DNA from: Octopus sinensis
Lineage: Eukaryota
Direction of reading: 5' to 3'
Length of the DNA stretch: 64,000 nucleotides
Assembly (NCBI RefSeq): GCF_006345805.1
Contig: NC_043004.1
Coordinates: 86,428,001 to 86,492,000, forward strand
Shown here: positions 1 through 14,765 of the stretch, one piece after another
How positions within the stretch are numbered: position 1 is the first letter of the stretch
Layout: each line of letters starts with the position of its first letter
Position numbers and translations under genes: made by a program
Notes under the pieces: generated by a model
Databases searched by the model: none
What the model saw: only the letters and a program-made list of their open reading frames with translations
Told to the model about the DNA's origin: nothing

Positions 1-1013
<1,013 letters not shown>

Positions 1014-1014
<1 letters not shown>

Positions 1015-1356
1015 TACTTGTGTCAGCCAATGGATGGCGAGCATGCTGGAGCACCACACTGAAGGGTTTTAATCAAACCAGTTGCCCCCAATACTTAGTT
1101 TTAAAGTCTGATACTTATTCTATTGGTCTGTTTTGCCAAACCGCTATGTTACAAGGACATAAACAAATCAACCCTGATTATCAGACAGTGGTACCAGGGG
1201 GGGGAACAAACACACATCCAAAATACACACATATATTCGTGGGCTTCCACATACTTTCCATCTGCCAAATTCATTCATACAGTATTGGTCACGCAGTGGA
1301 ACCGAACCCAAAGGCCATGAGATTGCAAAGCAAACTTCTTACCTACATAGCCACAT
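1014..1356 (-). mobile_element. tRNA-headed SINE (family A in this report), decayed copy
   Basis: Reverse complement of the recurring unit gtggctgtgtggtaag...ggttcagtcccactg...ccagcatggcc...gaaacaagtaaaag, seen about 25 times in the window. Confidence 0.85.
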
Positions 1357-1729
1357 ACACACACAAACATATAAATATAAAACCATTGCTGTTACTTCCA
1401 CTTTTTCCATACTGAATGTAGTACTCCACAACTGGATACCAATTCTTCAAAGTACTACATTTCACAGGTCTTCCTTCACGGGTCAAACTGCTGAGTTGCT
1501 GGATATATTCTTTATGCAGGACATAAACAAATACCACTATTGTCCAAGTAACACCAGTCCAAAGAAACACGGAAACACACACACAAATGTGTGTGAGCAT
1601 TATCATCTTCACATGGTTAGCTATGATTTTCATTCTTTCGGGGTTGATAAAATACGTACCAGTTGAGTGCTGGGATCAATGTAATTGACCTAGCCCCTCC
1701 CCTGAACTTGCTGGCCTTGTGCCTAAAGC

Positions 1730-1950
1730 ACCATCCGTTCGTGGCCGTTTGCCAGCTCCGTCTGGCACCTGTGCGGGTGGCACGTAAAAAGCACCCACTA
1801 CACTCACGGAGTGGTTGGCGTTAGGAAGGGCATCCAGCCGTAGAAACACTGCCAGATCTGACTGGGCCTGATGCAGCCTTCCGGCTTCACAGACCCCAGT
1901 TGAACTGTCCAACCCATGCTAGCATGGAAAACGGACGCTAAATGATGATG
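1730..1950 (+). mobile_element. RTE-LINE 3'-tail-bearing non-autonomous repeat (family B)
   Basis: Ends ...catgctagcatggaaaacggacgctaaatgatgatg; the same tail is attached to RTE ORF2 coding sequence at 29690-30400. Confidence 0.85.
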
Positions 1951-3033
1951 TTGACACCACTTGGGTAGCAGTAACGTTTTGTTTAGGTCTGCATAAACAG
2001 CAAGTTTCACAGCTTGACAGTGCAACATGTGAAGACCAGTGAAATAAAGACCCTAACTTGAAAACAAAGGTTGGCATCAGGGAAGACATCTAGCTGTGGA
2101 ATACCACCTCAAGATGTCTCATCAAAAAAACCAAGCATATAAGCAATGACGATAAGATGATGGACCCAAAACCATACAGTCAAGAACCAAGCTTCTTAAC
2201 CACACAGCCATTCATGGAACCTGTCAGTAGACAAACTGAAGCAACTAAGAGTAATAGGATTTGACAAGAAACAGAACACAATGGCTGCAGTAAAGGTTTT
2301 TAACATGACAGCCATATTACACGTCATATCTGACAGCTTCATTATAAGTTATATCTGTATTATTAATAGCTGAGATGTTTTTCCTTTTTGTATAAACAAT
2401 ATTAAAGAACCTCTTCCTAAACAGGTGATCGTGCTATCTGTTTACACTGCAGTGACATCATCTTCAATCTCAAATTAATCCTAAATTAATTTTATCTTAT
2501 CTTTAAGTGCTTACCATTAACTATAACGCAAACTCTTAATCACATGCCAAATCAGTAAAACATGTAAGGTTCAATTGCCATTAATGAGTTTGTAATTATG
2601 TTTTATAAAGTCTTAACAGATGAATATTGACCAATGATGTAATGTCATCATCATTATCATCGTTTTGACATCCACTTGCATGCACTGAATGGAAATTGCT
2701 GAGGTAGATTTTCAATGGCTAGATGCCCTTCTTGTCACTAATAAGGTAATATTTCCCCATGGCCAGATATATTTTCACAGAAAACTACAAACAAAGGACA
2801 CCATATGTTTACAACTATCAGATGTCAATGCAAGGAGACAGTAAAACACACACACAAGTTTCTGTCAACCAAATCCACTCACAAGGCTTAAATTGACCTG
2901 AGGTTATCGTAGAAGACACTTGCCTAAAGTATCACACAGTGGGGCTGAACCCAAAAATCATATGGTTGAGAAGCAAACTTCTTACAACACAGCTTTGCCT
3001 GTGGCTAAAAATTAAAATTTGAACAATTAATTA

Positions 3034-3398
3034 TTACCTCCACCTTCACTAAGGCAAAGGTATTGTTTTCAGTCGTGTTTGTTAGTTTGTTTGTCTGTGG
3101 ACAAGATATCTCAAGAACTGCTGGATGGATTTGGATGAAACTTTCAGGGATGTTGGCCTCATGACTGGTATGAACTGATTAGATTTTGGGATCGGTCTGA
3201 TACCAGACAAGGATTCTGGATTATTTTCCCTGTTTTTTTTTACTTAATTTTTGAGAGCGGTCATTCATTTTTAGTATTCCCATTTGTGAGAGCCATCAAG
3301 TTTAAGATATTCTCATTTTAAAAATCATCTCCGGCTAATTGTTGAGAGGATGTTGGTGTTGCTTTGGCGGAGGTTTGCACTCTCTGAGTGCTCTTGTT
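3034..3398 (+). mobile_element. Helentron-associated non-autonomous element (HINE/DINE-1-like)
   Basis: Subterminal inverted repeats (acctccacc...aagg / ctttggcggagg), a gtttgtttgtctgt tract, a 3' stem-loop GCACTC-tct-GAGTGC at 3377-3391 and T-rich flanks. Confidence 0.7.
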
Positions 3399-4234
3399 GT
3401 TTATATATTTATTTTGCAAGATTCTTGCCATGAAATCATGTGTTGATTGGTCATCTTTTGTCAATTAGACACACACACGATATATTTGGTCATCACTTCA
3501 GCTTTACTATTATTATTATAGTTTCTTTGTCAAAATTCTTTCATCACACATTTTGTGACCTCTTCAGTGACTTTCTATCCCACAAGTCTCCTCTTGTTCT
3601 GCTTATTCCATTTTGTCTTTCAGTGTCATGCATGTATGTGTGACAAAAAATGTAACAATATTAATTATTGATTTATTAATTTTCCTTGGAGTCATTTCTC
3701 ATTCATATATTGATCAAGATGGACTACTTTGCTATGTTAGACAGTGTTTAATCTATTTAAGTCTACATAAGGAAGTTCCAACAGATAAAACACCTGTAGT
3801 GGAGCCTTGTGGTAGAGATGGTCTTGTGGTGTATTGGTCAGTTAGCACAAGGTACAGGGTTCAATTAATCTGAAAAGATTCACTAATTTACACCCTTGAA
3901 TTGTTATTTACAAATACATTCTGTGCTATTTATTGCCTAATGACCAAATACCAGCAAGTAACTCTATGGAGCAACAGAGTGAATCATCAGCTTAAAAAAA
4001 AAAAAACTAACAGAGTATGTTTCCTTATGTTTGTACTCCAAAATGTATGTATACAAACACACACACAATTTACTGCAAACAATCAGCATGAATTTGTGGA
4101 AGAGGGAAACCCAGGAAGATGTGGCACCAAGTCACAAAGACCAACCTCAAGATGTTGAGCCTCAACAAGGAAATGACAAATTACCAAGGTGATTGGCAAT
4201 ATGCTGCACTTGAGAAGACCCATAAATTTCAATA

Positions 4235-4560
4235 AAGATGGGTCCTGATAAGTCTTCCCCCATACTACAGTCACTTATCATCTCCTTCTCCTCTCTGACC
4301 CACTAATATTTCCTTCATTTCCCCCAGCAACTGATATTTACCATAAACCATGCCTCTGCCAATGTATCCACCTCTATCCCCATCTCTAACCATCTGTCAC
4401 TTTCCTTTCACACTCTCAGAAACTTATACACCCAACTCCAGCAGGGGCAGCCATATATTGCCTCTACAGCAGGGCACCTGTTCCTATTCCTCAATCAACA
4501 CTTGGCATAAACCACCTCCCTCAAGACTACACCCCTTTCACTTAAGGGGTCTTGTCTTGC
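4235..4560 (+). mobile_element. Probable Penelope-like element fragment (C-rich, decayed)
   Basis: Composition and wording resemble the better-preserved PLE at 49540-50690; no intact motif. Confidence 0.35.
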
Positions 4561-6648
4561 AAGTTACTTGGTGACCTTGCCAGTGCTGATGCCTTGAGAA
4601 AAGAGAGCTCAGGACACACCGTAAGGCAGTTTAGCATTAGGAAGAGCATCCAAGCATAGAGACATGCCAAAAGATATTGGAGCTCAGCACAGCCCTCTAG
4701 CTCAGTTGAACAATCCAACTCATGCCAGCATAGAAAACAGACAATTAACAATGATGATGAATGAATCATATGAATGTAAGTAATCTATATAAAACACAAT
4801 ATATCTAACATAAATTTAACAGAAGCCTACTGTAGGAATAAAGCTACACAATTGCTGTTTCGTAAAAGACAAACTCATTATCATTAATATGTATCATCAG
4901 TAACACCAACAGCTATTGTTTTGTTTTTTGTTGTTTTTGTTTTTTTACTGTTAATGCCAATACAGTTTCAATTAGACAAGTGCTCTTGGTTCAATTTCAA
5001 CTTTCTCGCCATTTAGTTTGTTTAGTTTTAATCTACGCTTTTAACATCAAAGCAGAAATGTCAGGTCTCTAGACCCATGAAGATTTATGCAGACATACAT
5101 TCTATCCACACGATAATGATTGAACTGCAAAGTGTCTGCTGGTTGATATTATTAGTTCATTTAATTTCCTTTGAACCTCTGTATGCTTAGATGCTTCTGT
5201 TGTTATTATTATTGTTTAGCACCCAAATCAAACCTGATTGAATAGACAGGACAAATTGATCAAAGATCTTCCATCCTTTCTTCTTTGAACATCTAAGACT
5301 ACAGCATCCAATGTGACCTTCTTGTTTCAAGATGATAGGATGTGATTTGTGAAAATGTTGTTGTTGTTATAACTAACAAGCCAAGCCAGTTGACAGATGT
5401 ATTGGAACATATTTTAGTGAACTAGAGAAGTAATGCAGTGGAAATGTACACCATCATCATCAATATTTAATGTCCATGTTCCATGCTGCTATGAAACAAA
5501 CAGCAGGATGTAATAATAATAAAGCTGAACTCAATATACTGCCATATAACAACAATGAATTAATATCTTCAAAACTGACATAACGGTAAAAGAATACTTG
5601 TTGACCTAAATGTCTTTCAGAGATAAAAGCACAAACTTATATATTGCAGTAATAAACAATTTGTTTGGAATTGTTTTTCATTTTTGGTCATAGAATGAAA
5701 ATTACAGCTCCCATGCTAGTGGCACATAAAAAGAACCATCTGAACGTGATCAATGTCAGTGCCACATGAAAAGCACCATCCAAATGTGGTCGATGTCAGT
5801 GCTACCTAACTGGTTCCCATGCTAGTGGCACATAAAAAGCACCCGCTATGCTCTCCAAGTGGCTGGCGTTAGGAAGAGCATCAAGCTGCAAAATCTTTGC
5901 CAGATCAGTTTGGAGCCTGGTGCAGCCTACTGGCTTGCCAGTCCTCAGTCAAACCATCCAACCCATGCCAGCATGGAAAAACGGATGTTAAATGATAATG
6001 ATGATGATGTGATAAAACACCTCAAAGAACTTATGTTCTGAATTCAAATCCCACCATAATCAATTTTGCTGTTCATCTTTTCAAGCTTTTAACCCTTTAA
6101 CATTTAAACTGACCATATCCGGCTCAAATATTCTACCTGTTTTATATAATAAGACTGGCCAGATCTGGCCACTCACACCTGCCCTACTACAACAATGAGC
6201 AAGTTTATGCAGTCAGTAGACCTTCTAGAAATAGTTAAATGTCCTTCAAATCACCCTACTTTCAGAAAATAGATTTCTCTTGTACATAAACTACATTTAT
6301 ATCAGATCTGTCTTTCAAAACCATATTTCTTGAGGTTGTTCATAGCCATATGCTTAAAGAAGTCTAAGAGACACCAGCATCAGTTGGTTAACCCTTTAGC
6401 ATTCAGATTATTCTGCCAATTGTACTGCTTATTAATTCACATTGTTATGAATTAATCATGCATTGTCTCATAGCTTTCAGATCTCAATGATATGATTGTT
6501 TGTTTTTAGAAGGACATTGTAAGGTAGGTGTGGGGGGCTGGATCTGGATGGTTTGAACATAAAACAAGCAGAATATTTGGGCCTGATATGGCCAGTTTAA
6601 ATCAGCCCCATTACCTAACTGGTACTTTGACTCAACAGATCTCTTTAA

Positions 6649-6868
6649 CCCTTTAGTGTTTAAACCGGCCATATCTGGCCCAGATATTCTACATGTTTTA
6701 TATTCAAACTGGTGATATCTAACCTCTCACTCCTAACCTACAATGTCATTCTGAAAATAAACAATCACATCATTGAAACCCCAAAGCTATAAGATAATGC
6801 TTGATTAATTCAAAACAATTTGAGTGAAAAAATATTACATTTAACAGAGTAGTCTGAACACAAAAGGG
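6649..6868. mobile_element. piggyBac-like MITE (220 bp)
   Basis: TTAA on both sides (6645-6648, 6869-6872); TIRs ccctttagtgtttaaac vs cccttttgtgttcagac (14/17). Partial sister copies at ~6090-6200 and ~6390-6600. Confidence 0.8.
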
Positions 6869-7407
6869 TTAATCCCAGAATGTAAAGGGCCAAAACTAAA
6901 TACCACAATAACATTCTAATGATTCTGCCAATCCACCATAAATGTAGTCCATGATAAATTTTGGTTCGACCCAGACTGATCTGAAGCTAAACAACAAACT
7001 AAATACACATAAAAATTATCAGGTTGATGCACTGCTTATTTTCCAGTTACCCCAGTCACAGCACTTGTTTGCCTGCTTTTCATAATTGATTTTTCAAGTC
7101 TTCTTTCTGCAGCTTAGTATATCAATTGTCAATCAGAATTCTAGTATTTATTTGTTGTTTAACCACAACTCAACTCTAGCCAAGTAGATATATGATCCAA
7201 AGAGTTACAACTATGACCATCCCATTTTGTATTCAAACAATGTTTCTCAGAACATTAACAAGTTTGGATATGGGAGACCACACTAAATAAGCCAGTCCAT
7301 AATCTCTCTCTCTCTCTAATGAGGTGTGTGCATGTATGTGTTTATCACGAGAACACACAAATGCACAGCAACTGGTTCTCCTTTTTAACATGAACCATTT
7401 GATATAC

Positions 7408-7451
7408 CATGGCAAAGTGCTAACTACTTTCAGCTGAGCAGACTTTGCCAA
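7408..7451 (-). CDS. Candidate exon 2 of the minus-strand gene starting at 11292 (LAKSAQLKVVSTLP-W)
   Basis: Strong acceptor tttttgtcttttctttctttttgtcattgctag|; phase 0 matches the exon-1 donor. The donor (CCATG|gtatat) is uncertain, and the frame stays open beyond it. Confidence 0.25.
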
Positions 7452-7761
7452 CTAGCAATGACAAAAAGAAAGAAAAGACAAAAACAGTTTTGTGTGTGCA
7501 ACAGTAGACTTTATGTATATGCAATCATGCAACCCATTATATAGCCATAGGAGCAGATCGAGAAAAACAACTATACTGCCTAGATACACATGCCTCATTT
7601 TTAAGGGTGTGGAAGAGTAGATTAAGAAATTATAACAGAATGGACCTTGGGTATCTTACTGGTACACCTATAATTAAATACCAGATGATTCACAGCAAGA
7701 AACCACAAAAGACAAAATAATAAACACTTTAAAATGATAAAGCATCCCATGAACACACAAA

Positions 7762-7809
<48 letters not shown>

Positions 7810-7948
7810 TATATATACACAAACAGAGAAGCACATAAGTGCAAAACAAGGTGGGAAACATAGTACTCAATCACAGCTGTCCAACGAACAGGAATGTGAA
7901 ACTCTGAGTAACAGTTTTGTGAAAATTTCACAGCTTTAATAAAAAGTG

Positions 7949-7979
<31 letters not shown>

Positions 7980-8800
7980 CATGCATACACACATATATAT
8001 AAAGTACGTGTTTGGAAGTACAAGCAAGAGAAAAAGAACTCAATACAAGAAATAGAGTTTATTCATTTGAAGGTAATCATGGCGTTATTACTTAGAGTTT
8101 CTTGTTATGTGCTATCCTCCAGATGACGAAATGATTAAGCAAATTATGTGATATGGACCACAGACACACTGTATGTATATACAGATGTATATAAGTACGA
8201 AATTATATATATATATGTATGCGTGTATATATATATATATGTGTATGTATGTATGTATATATATATACATGTATGTGTGTGTGAGCATGGCCACAGCTCA
8301 TAAGCTGAAACTAGAATCAATCAATCAATCATATAAATATGTGTGTGTGTATGCACACATACAAATGAACAGGAAAATTTGAGATTAAAAACCTTAGAAA
8401 AATAGAGGACGGGGAAGGGGAGGAAGGAATAAACACGAAAGTGGAACGTTTGAGTCAAGAAGGAAGTAAATTTTCATAAGCTGATTTGGATGACTATAAC
8501 AGAGCAATAATAATAATAATAAGAATAATAATCCAAAAATAGACGTGACTGAAAAGACAAACACTTAATGGTTGTCATCGCTCCGCCGCCAAGTACATCA
8601 ACTAGTGTGTGTGTGTGTGTGTGTTAGATATCCTAGTGAAGGAACGGCCTGAAGGAAACACGGAGAGGAGAGGCACCATAGCAATTAGCAATATTAAAAA
8701 CATATTCAGTGAAATTTAATGTTTACGACACGGCTCCATATTTTACAAACATCACAAGCACTCACACAGTCGAGCATGTGTAATAGGATGGGAAATTTTA

Positions 8801-8862
8801 GGGAGGTGGGGGTCCGATGGGGTGAGGGAGGCGGGGGAAAGAGTTGAAGGGGGAAAAGGGGG
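8801..8862 (+). other. G-quadruplex-forming motif
   Basis: Seven G-tracts of 3-5 G (8801, 8808, 8819, 8826, 8833, 8849, 8858), mostly with loops of 3-6 nt. Confidence 0.6.
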
Positions 8863-10655
8863 CAAAAGAAAAACAGGAAGCTACAAAGATGATATGATGT
8901 CAAGATGGTTGTGGAAAGAGTTATGTGATGCAAAAGAAAAATCTAAAAGCGGTGGTTGTTTATGGCTTGACGTTTTATTTTATTTTTTTACCCACAACTC
9001 TCCTAAGACTCATTTGAGAATAGTTTGGACAGCTTTCAACAATCAGCTTTTTACTAATTTTATTTTCCTCTTGTATTAAAGAAAAAAAATAATAAATACA
9101 GGCGATCCATACATGTGTGTGTGCGTTTTATAGTCGCATGAGAAAAATATGTCGATATAAAACGTGTATCTTTAAAATAGAATTTTAAAATGTACGAGTG
9201 AATGCCTTTGTGTGTGTGTGTACATATCTACATATGAGTACATATCTATTGCGTGTGTGATATAATCGCGTGAGAAACTGTGTTATCAAACGGGTACTTA
9301 AAAAAAAACGTTTGGGTAAATGCCCTTATGTGTGTGTGTGCCTTTATACGTACTACGGAAGTCGCTCGCTAATTGTGATCAGTTTAGGAGTTTAATAACA
9401 TTATTCATAATTATAATTGACGGCTACCACCTTCCACAACAAGTATCTCCGGTTCTTTAAATCCCAATGCGAAACTTGATTGGTAAGATAGGCTGAAATG
9501 GATCTATAACCTGTATTCTGTGATTAGTATACTCACTCTGCCGACAAATATACGAGTGCATATTCTTAGACGACGATATAACTTGCCTGAAGACATACAT
9601 TATTAATTTCTATTATGGCATAGGTAGTGGGTCCTCTTTTTTTCCCCGACAGTTAACACTAAATATGTGTATATATAAGAGAAAGAGAGAGAGAGAGGTG
9701 GCGGTAGATATGTGTCAAACACGAAACTCTCGGCCCTTGAGTTACAATCTACTGCCGATTTATATATGTGTGTGTGTGTGTGTGCGGATTATTTATGTAG
9801 GTGGGTGAACGTATGCATGTATGTGTAAGAAAGCCAACACCAGGAACGATAACTCAGTATTGCCCCATAAACCCAGTCTCGGGTTTTATTAATAGTTAAT
9901 GACACAATAGTCATTCAAAATTCATTTTACCCGAACAGAAAGAAAAGGAAATATTCCGATCTTTCTCTCCCGTCCCAGTCCCCAAACAGGAAAAAAATTA
10001 ATATTTTAAAATATCTAATTATTTTATTGTACATAATATCAAACTCCAAAGCGTTTTATTCTTGGAAAAAGCAATATTCTTACATAGTAAATCTATCAAC
10101 AGGATGGTTTTTTTCTAATGATTGTTTTTATTATATATTTTGGGTGGGATGTTGTTTCAAATGACAAAAAAATATATATTACCAGTAAATTAAAATCGGA
10201 GAAATGAAATAGGATGCTTTATTTTCTAAGTTACATATTTATAAGAGCCTCAAGAGCAATGATTCCTTGAATTAAGTTCCGCAGAAACCCAATCATCCGT
10301 AAAAGAATTCTAGGGTTCCGGCCTTTGAGAACATTCAATAAAAAATTTATTTTACAAAAAGTGTTTTTTACAATTTTCAAAATGACAAGTTATACGGCCT
10401 ATTTTTACACGAATAAATCCCCCACCCTGCTTAAATAATTTTTATTTCATTTATAAAGGTTTATTGCAATTAAAGTGACGAATGTTTCCCCGAATGGGTT
10501 CTGCTATTTTGGGGAAAATCTCAACAAGATTCCAAGATATTATCCTTTAAAATAACCTATCTCGAGATTTAATGAAAACAATGCTTAAATACTGAATAAG
10601 CTTCAAGAGATGAAACTTGGAAGTCATAGTATGTGTGTGAGTGTATAAATATATA

Positions 10656-10695
<40 letters not shown>

Positions 10696-11208
10696 GTTAT
10701 TTCTTTGTGAAAATGCGAATCTATTCGAAAAAAAAGGAGGCATGAATGAGGAGGAAATCGTAAACAAAGAAATTCTTTACTTAATAAATGAAAAAAATGT
10801 CAACTGGTTGATTAATTGATAAGTTTAAGTCACAAAGAATTCACATCAAAGAGCTGATGTAACCCGATGTTCGATTACAACTGAATCAACAGAAATAGGA
10901 AGAATCGATTGAAGGCAAAAATCCATAGAAAATATTTATGAAATAATGAAAATGCAATACAAAATGACCATATATAATTAATTAAAACCTCAGATCGTAA
11001 ACATCAACAGCAATAGATATACACTATATAAATTATATGATAGACAGATAGATTTGACATCAAATATGTGTATAGTTACCTACAGATATGTATGTGTGTG
11101 TGTAGAGTAGTGTATGTGTTTATATACATTATATATACATGTCGATCTCTTATCTGTCTGTGAGACGGACGAAACACATATTGCATGGTAACATACAGTA
11201 ATATTTAC

Positions 11209-11292
11209 CTTATCGTTATCTTTAACAGCGTTTTTCCGACTCCAGTTCGCATTGCTGGGAGCTCGTTTCTTTTTTTTGCTAGTCATAACCAT
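11209..11292 (-). CDS. Probable first coding exon of an unidentified gene (MVMTSKKKKRAPSNANWSRKNAVKDNDK), basic NLS-like N-terminus
   Basis: ATG in unique CpG-containing DNA, 28 open codons, then donor AAG|gtaaat in phase 0; CRE ~80 nt upstream. Confidence 0.5.
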
Positions 11293-11369
11293 TTATCAGC
11301 TTATACGAGCGATTGACAACATATCCGTGGTGAAGAAAAAGAAATGTATCTGGAGTCTAACACCATAAC

Positions 11370-11377
11370 TGACGTCA
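11370..11377. promoter_or_regulatory. Full CRE palindrome TGACGTCA
   Basis: Exact match ~80 nt upstream of the minus-strand ATG, in a CpG-containing unique segment. Confidence 0.55.
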
Positions 11378-11654
11378 AAGGTGATAACAGGCACGGGCTG
11401 AAGGAAAGGTCACGAGCCGAAAAGTAATAGTTAATATTTAATAGTTAATATAATATTCTTACAATTAAGTTTGGTGATACAAAAAGAAAAAAATAGAACT
11501 CAAAACATGAATAAATATTATTATCATTATTATTATTATTATGATTATTATTATTATTATTATTATTATTATAATCGGCAGAAGTTACAGAGTGACTCAA
11601 GAGTCAATAGTTTCGTTTATTAACACTCATCAAACTTAAAATTACAAATAGAAT

Positions 11655-11850
11655 AATTTTCTTTATTTGTTGAAATAATATTTTTTTTAACAATCATCGA
11701 TTATATTTTTCTGGAGTTTTTATTATTGGGAATTCTTTTTTTTTTTTAATTAATAAACCTATTTGAGAATTTTCTTTATTCGTTAAAATAATATTTTTAA
11801 CAATTATCGTTTATATTTTTTCTGGAATTTTTTTTTTTGTTGGAATTTTT
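11655..11850. repeat. Degenerate ~110-bp direct duplication
   Basis: ttttctttattYgttRaaataatattttt..aacaatYatcg.ttatattttt.ctgga occurs twice in tandem. Confidence 0.7.
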
Positions 11851-11975
11851 TTAATCATCAGATCTATCTTTAAAATATTTCTAGTCTCCCCACCCATCCC
11901 CCACCCCTGCGTCAACTCTACCTTCTTATTCTGCTGATTTCATATCCGCAGTGAATGTAGTAACAGCGTGAGAAA

Positions 11976-11986
11976 AAAATGGCGGC
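11976..11986 (+). promoter_or_regulatory. YY1-type motif AAAATGGCGGC, probable plus-strand transcription start region
   Basis: Exact consensus match; in metazoan promoters this motif typically lies just downstream of the TSS. The embedded ATG opens only 15 codons. Confidence 0.5.
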
Positions 11987-13777
11987 TAACACTTTATTTT
12001 CGCATGCAGCATGTTACCAAGAATGAATATAAGTCTTTTTATTGTCACTCTAACTTATTCATGAACTATATTTATTTATTTATTATTTAATTATTTATTT
12101 TCTTTAACATATTAAATAGAAGCGAAAATGTAGCTATTTCATTTTATTTCTATTTTATTTTTGTTTTTAAATAATTTTGGGGGGATTTTTTGGTTATTTT
12201 TTTTTTTTAATATTTAATTTAAAACAGTTTTGCACTTGTTTAGTTTTAGTTTGCCCCAAAACATTGACTTTTTTTTACCCATCCAATACAGTATAAGAAG
12301 TCTTTTGTAAACCAACCAAGCGTGTTATTAATGCATTTATCATGCTCGTAAATTCAATTGTTGAAGTATCTGCCTAGAAAGGCAGTGGTTTTAAATTTAA
12401 TGATAGATACAAATGTTTGCCGAAACTCTTCGATAGATATTTATTTTATATATCATTTTGTATATTTTGATTCTTAATATTTCCGAATATATTTATATAA
12501 GAACCTAAATATATCGATAGCCACATAAAAATAAACAACCTTAAAGATTTTCTTACGGTTTTTTCTTGTAAGAAGACTATTAAAACGTTATCAATAAATT
12601 AATAAAACGGCTTTAAAATCCTACCAGTGGACAATATTTCCATAATAGTGTTAACTTTTTTAAATAAATTATAGTTTAAGCTTATTAAATTTGGAGGTGG
12701 TTTTAAGGAGTAATGAACGTGTCATAAGGAATCGGCAAATTTTAATGCTAATTCCAGTTTTCCCCCTCTACTTCTCTCCCACTCCGCTCCTCTTTAGAGA
12801 AACACGAATGCTTATTTGTATATGTGTCAAAGACGATAACATTAAATTTTTGTGACCCAGATGTTAATTTAGAGAACGAATTAGAAGCTGCCGTTCTTTG
12901 GTTTCTCAAGCACATTTGGAGTAGTTTACGGCAAAAATAAAAAATAAAAACGTTTAGAATCAGTTTCTTATATTAATTAAGAAGAGTACGCTGGCATATT
13001 CTGGTTTTAAAATAATAAGAAATTAAAACAAGTTATGAGTTTGAGAGTTTATCTTAATCCATAAAACGGGAGATTAATAGGTAATTAATCCCTTCTATAG
13101 AAAAAGTTGTATTTCTTTATAAATTACTATCATCATCATTTGAAGCCAAGCCTATAAAAATAGAGCCTTGCTTTGCTTGAGCAAGATTTTCCTTGCCTAA
13201 TCAAGAAGTGATTCTCATTTTCTTGCTTTAAATTCAAACATATGCACCTTTTAAACAGGATTAATATTTATCTCCTGAATAAAATTTGAAACTAGCCTTT
13301 TATTGATTTTTAATCCAAAGAAAATAGGGCATTTTTTAAAAAATTATTATTTGTGCAGGGTATCATAAACAGACCCAATAATAGTTAACACATTGAAGCA
13401 ATAGACATTTCACGTTTCTTTTTAACTCTAAACTGCAGTTAACTTTTGTGAGGTATGTATATATATTGCAGAGATAACCAAAGGAGAGAGACAGTGTAAA
13501 CAACACATACATATCTATATATATATATATATACACACACACGCACACGTGTGCCTATGTGTATATGAAGACAATTGAACAGATTGGTAAATAGTACAGC
13601 TGTATTGGAATTTTATTTTTCTTACTTTATTTTTTTAATAATGAGATAACCTTTACTTTAAAACCTGATTATAAATCACTTCCATTGTAAAACAAGTGAT
13701 GAATTTAATGTAAAATAAATACAAAAACTATATAATTGAAATAATAATAATAATAAACTAACTTATTCATTCCTGGA

Positions 13778-13884
13778 TTAGTCGCCTTTCTCCACGTCTG
13801 AATTCATAAACGGCTGCCAATGTACCATAACATTGTTGAAGTTACTGTCAGATTCATGAATAAAACATGACTTTGAACAAAATA
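13778..13884 (-). CDS. Candidate terminal coding exon (FCSKSCFIHESDSNFNNVMVHWQPFMNSDVEKGD*)
   Basis: Acceptor ttatttatgcattttctaag|, 34 open codons to TAA, AT-rich downstream with ATTAAA; upstream partner exon not found. Confidence 0.3.
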
Positions 13885-14256
13885 CTTAGAAAATGCATAA
13901 ATAAATAACATTTAACACTACTTTGTGGCCTAACAATACATATTTTGGACATTGGATTTTATTTCATTTCTCTCCCTCTTTCTGCTACAATTCTGATTAA
14001 AGAGAAAAAAAATTATTCTTTTGTTAACATTTTTGGTATATAAGAAGCAGAAAATCCCAGAAAACTTTCTTTTGAGAACAACTTTCAACCGACAATGAAT
14101 CTCTAACTTGTTACTTTTTGAAAGAATCCTCACATGGTAAGTAATGAAATGTTTCCTAACAGATTCTCATATATTTACTTGTACTTGCAGTGGCATTTGC
14201 CTAGAATAGGTTGAGCTGGCTCCAACCATCAAGTAGTTCATCTTTATAGTTTCAGT

Positions 14257-14765
14257 CATCATCATCATCGTTTAACGTCCGTTCTCCATGGGTTGGACGG
14301 TTCGACCGGGGATCTGGGAAGCCAGAAGGCTGCACCAGGCTCCAGTCTGATCTGGCAGTGTTTCTACAGCTGGATGCCCTTCCTAACACCAACCACTCTG
14401 AGAGTGTAGTGGGTTGCTTTTACGCGCCACCGGCACAGGTGTCAGACGAGGCTGGCAACGATAGGATTGGTGCATTTTACGTGCCACAAGCACGGAAGCC
14501 AGTCGAGGCAGTGCTGGCATCAGCCACGTTCAGATGGTGCTTTTTACGTGCCACCGGCACAAGGATCACAGCTGCAGTTTCCATTGATTTTGATGTTGGT
14601 GTACTTGACTCAATGGATCTCCTCAAGCACAGGGTCGAAATGGTGTTTCTTCACTTGCCACCTGCACAGGAGTCAATCCAGCGGTCCTGGCAACTGCCGG
14701 GTGCCAGTCATAGGATTGGTTCAATTTCGATTCCGATTTCACTTGCCCCAACAGGTCTTCGCAAG
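14257..14765 (-). mobile_element. Family B RTE-tailed repeat
   Basis: Begins catcatcatcatcgtttaacgtcc on +, followed by the conserved ctggatgcccttcctaac core and internal repeat units. Confidence 0.9.

Noticed and set aside
11600-11635. Minus-strand TTGATGAG...GAAAC as a second hammerhead family
   Set aside because: C3 is missing, and stems I and III cannot be built convincingly.
13696-13802. C/D-box snoRNA (gtgatga ... ctga)
   Set aside because: No terminal stem, an (aat)n-filled body and no convincing rRNA complement.
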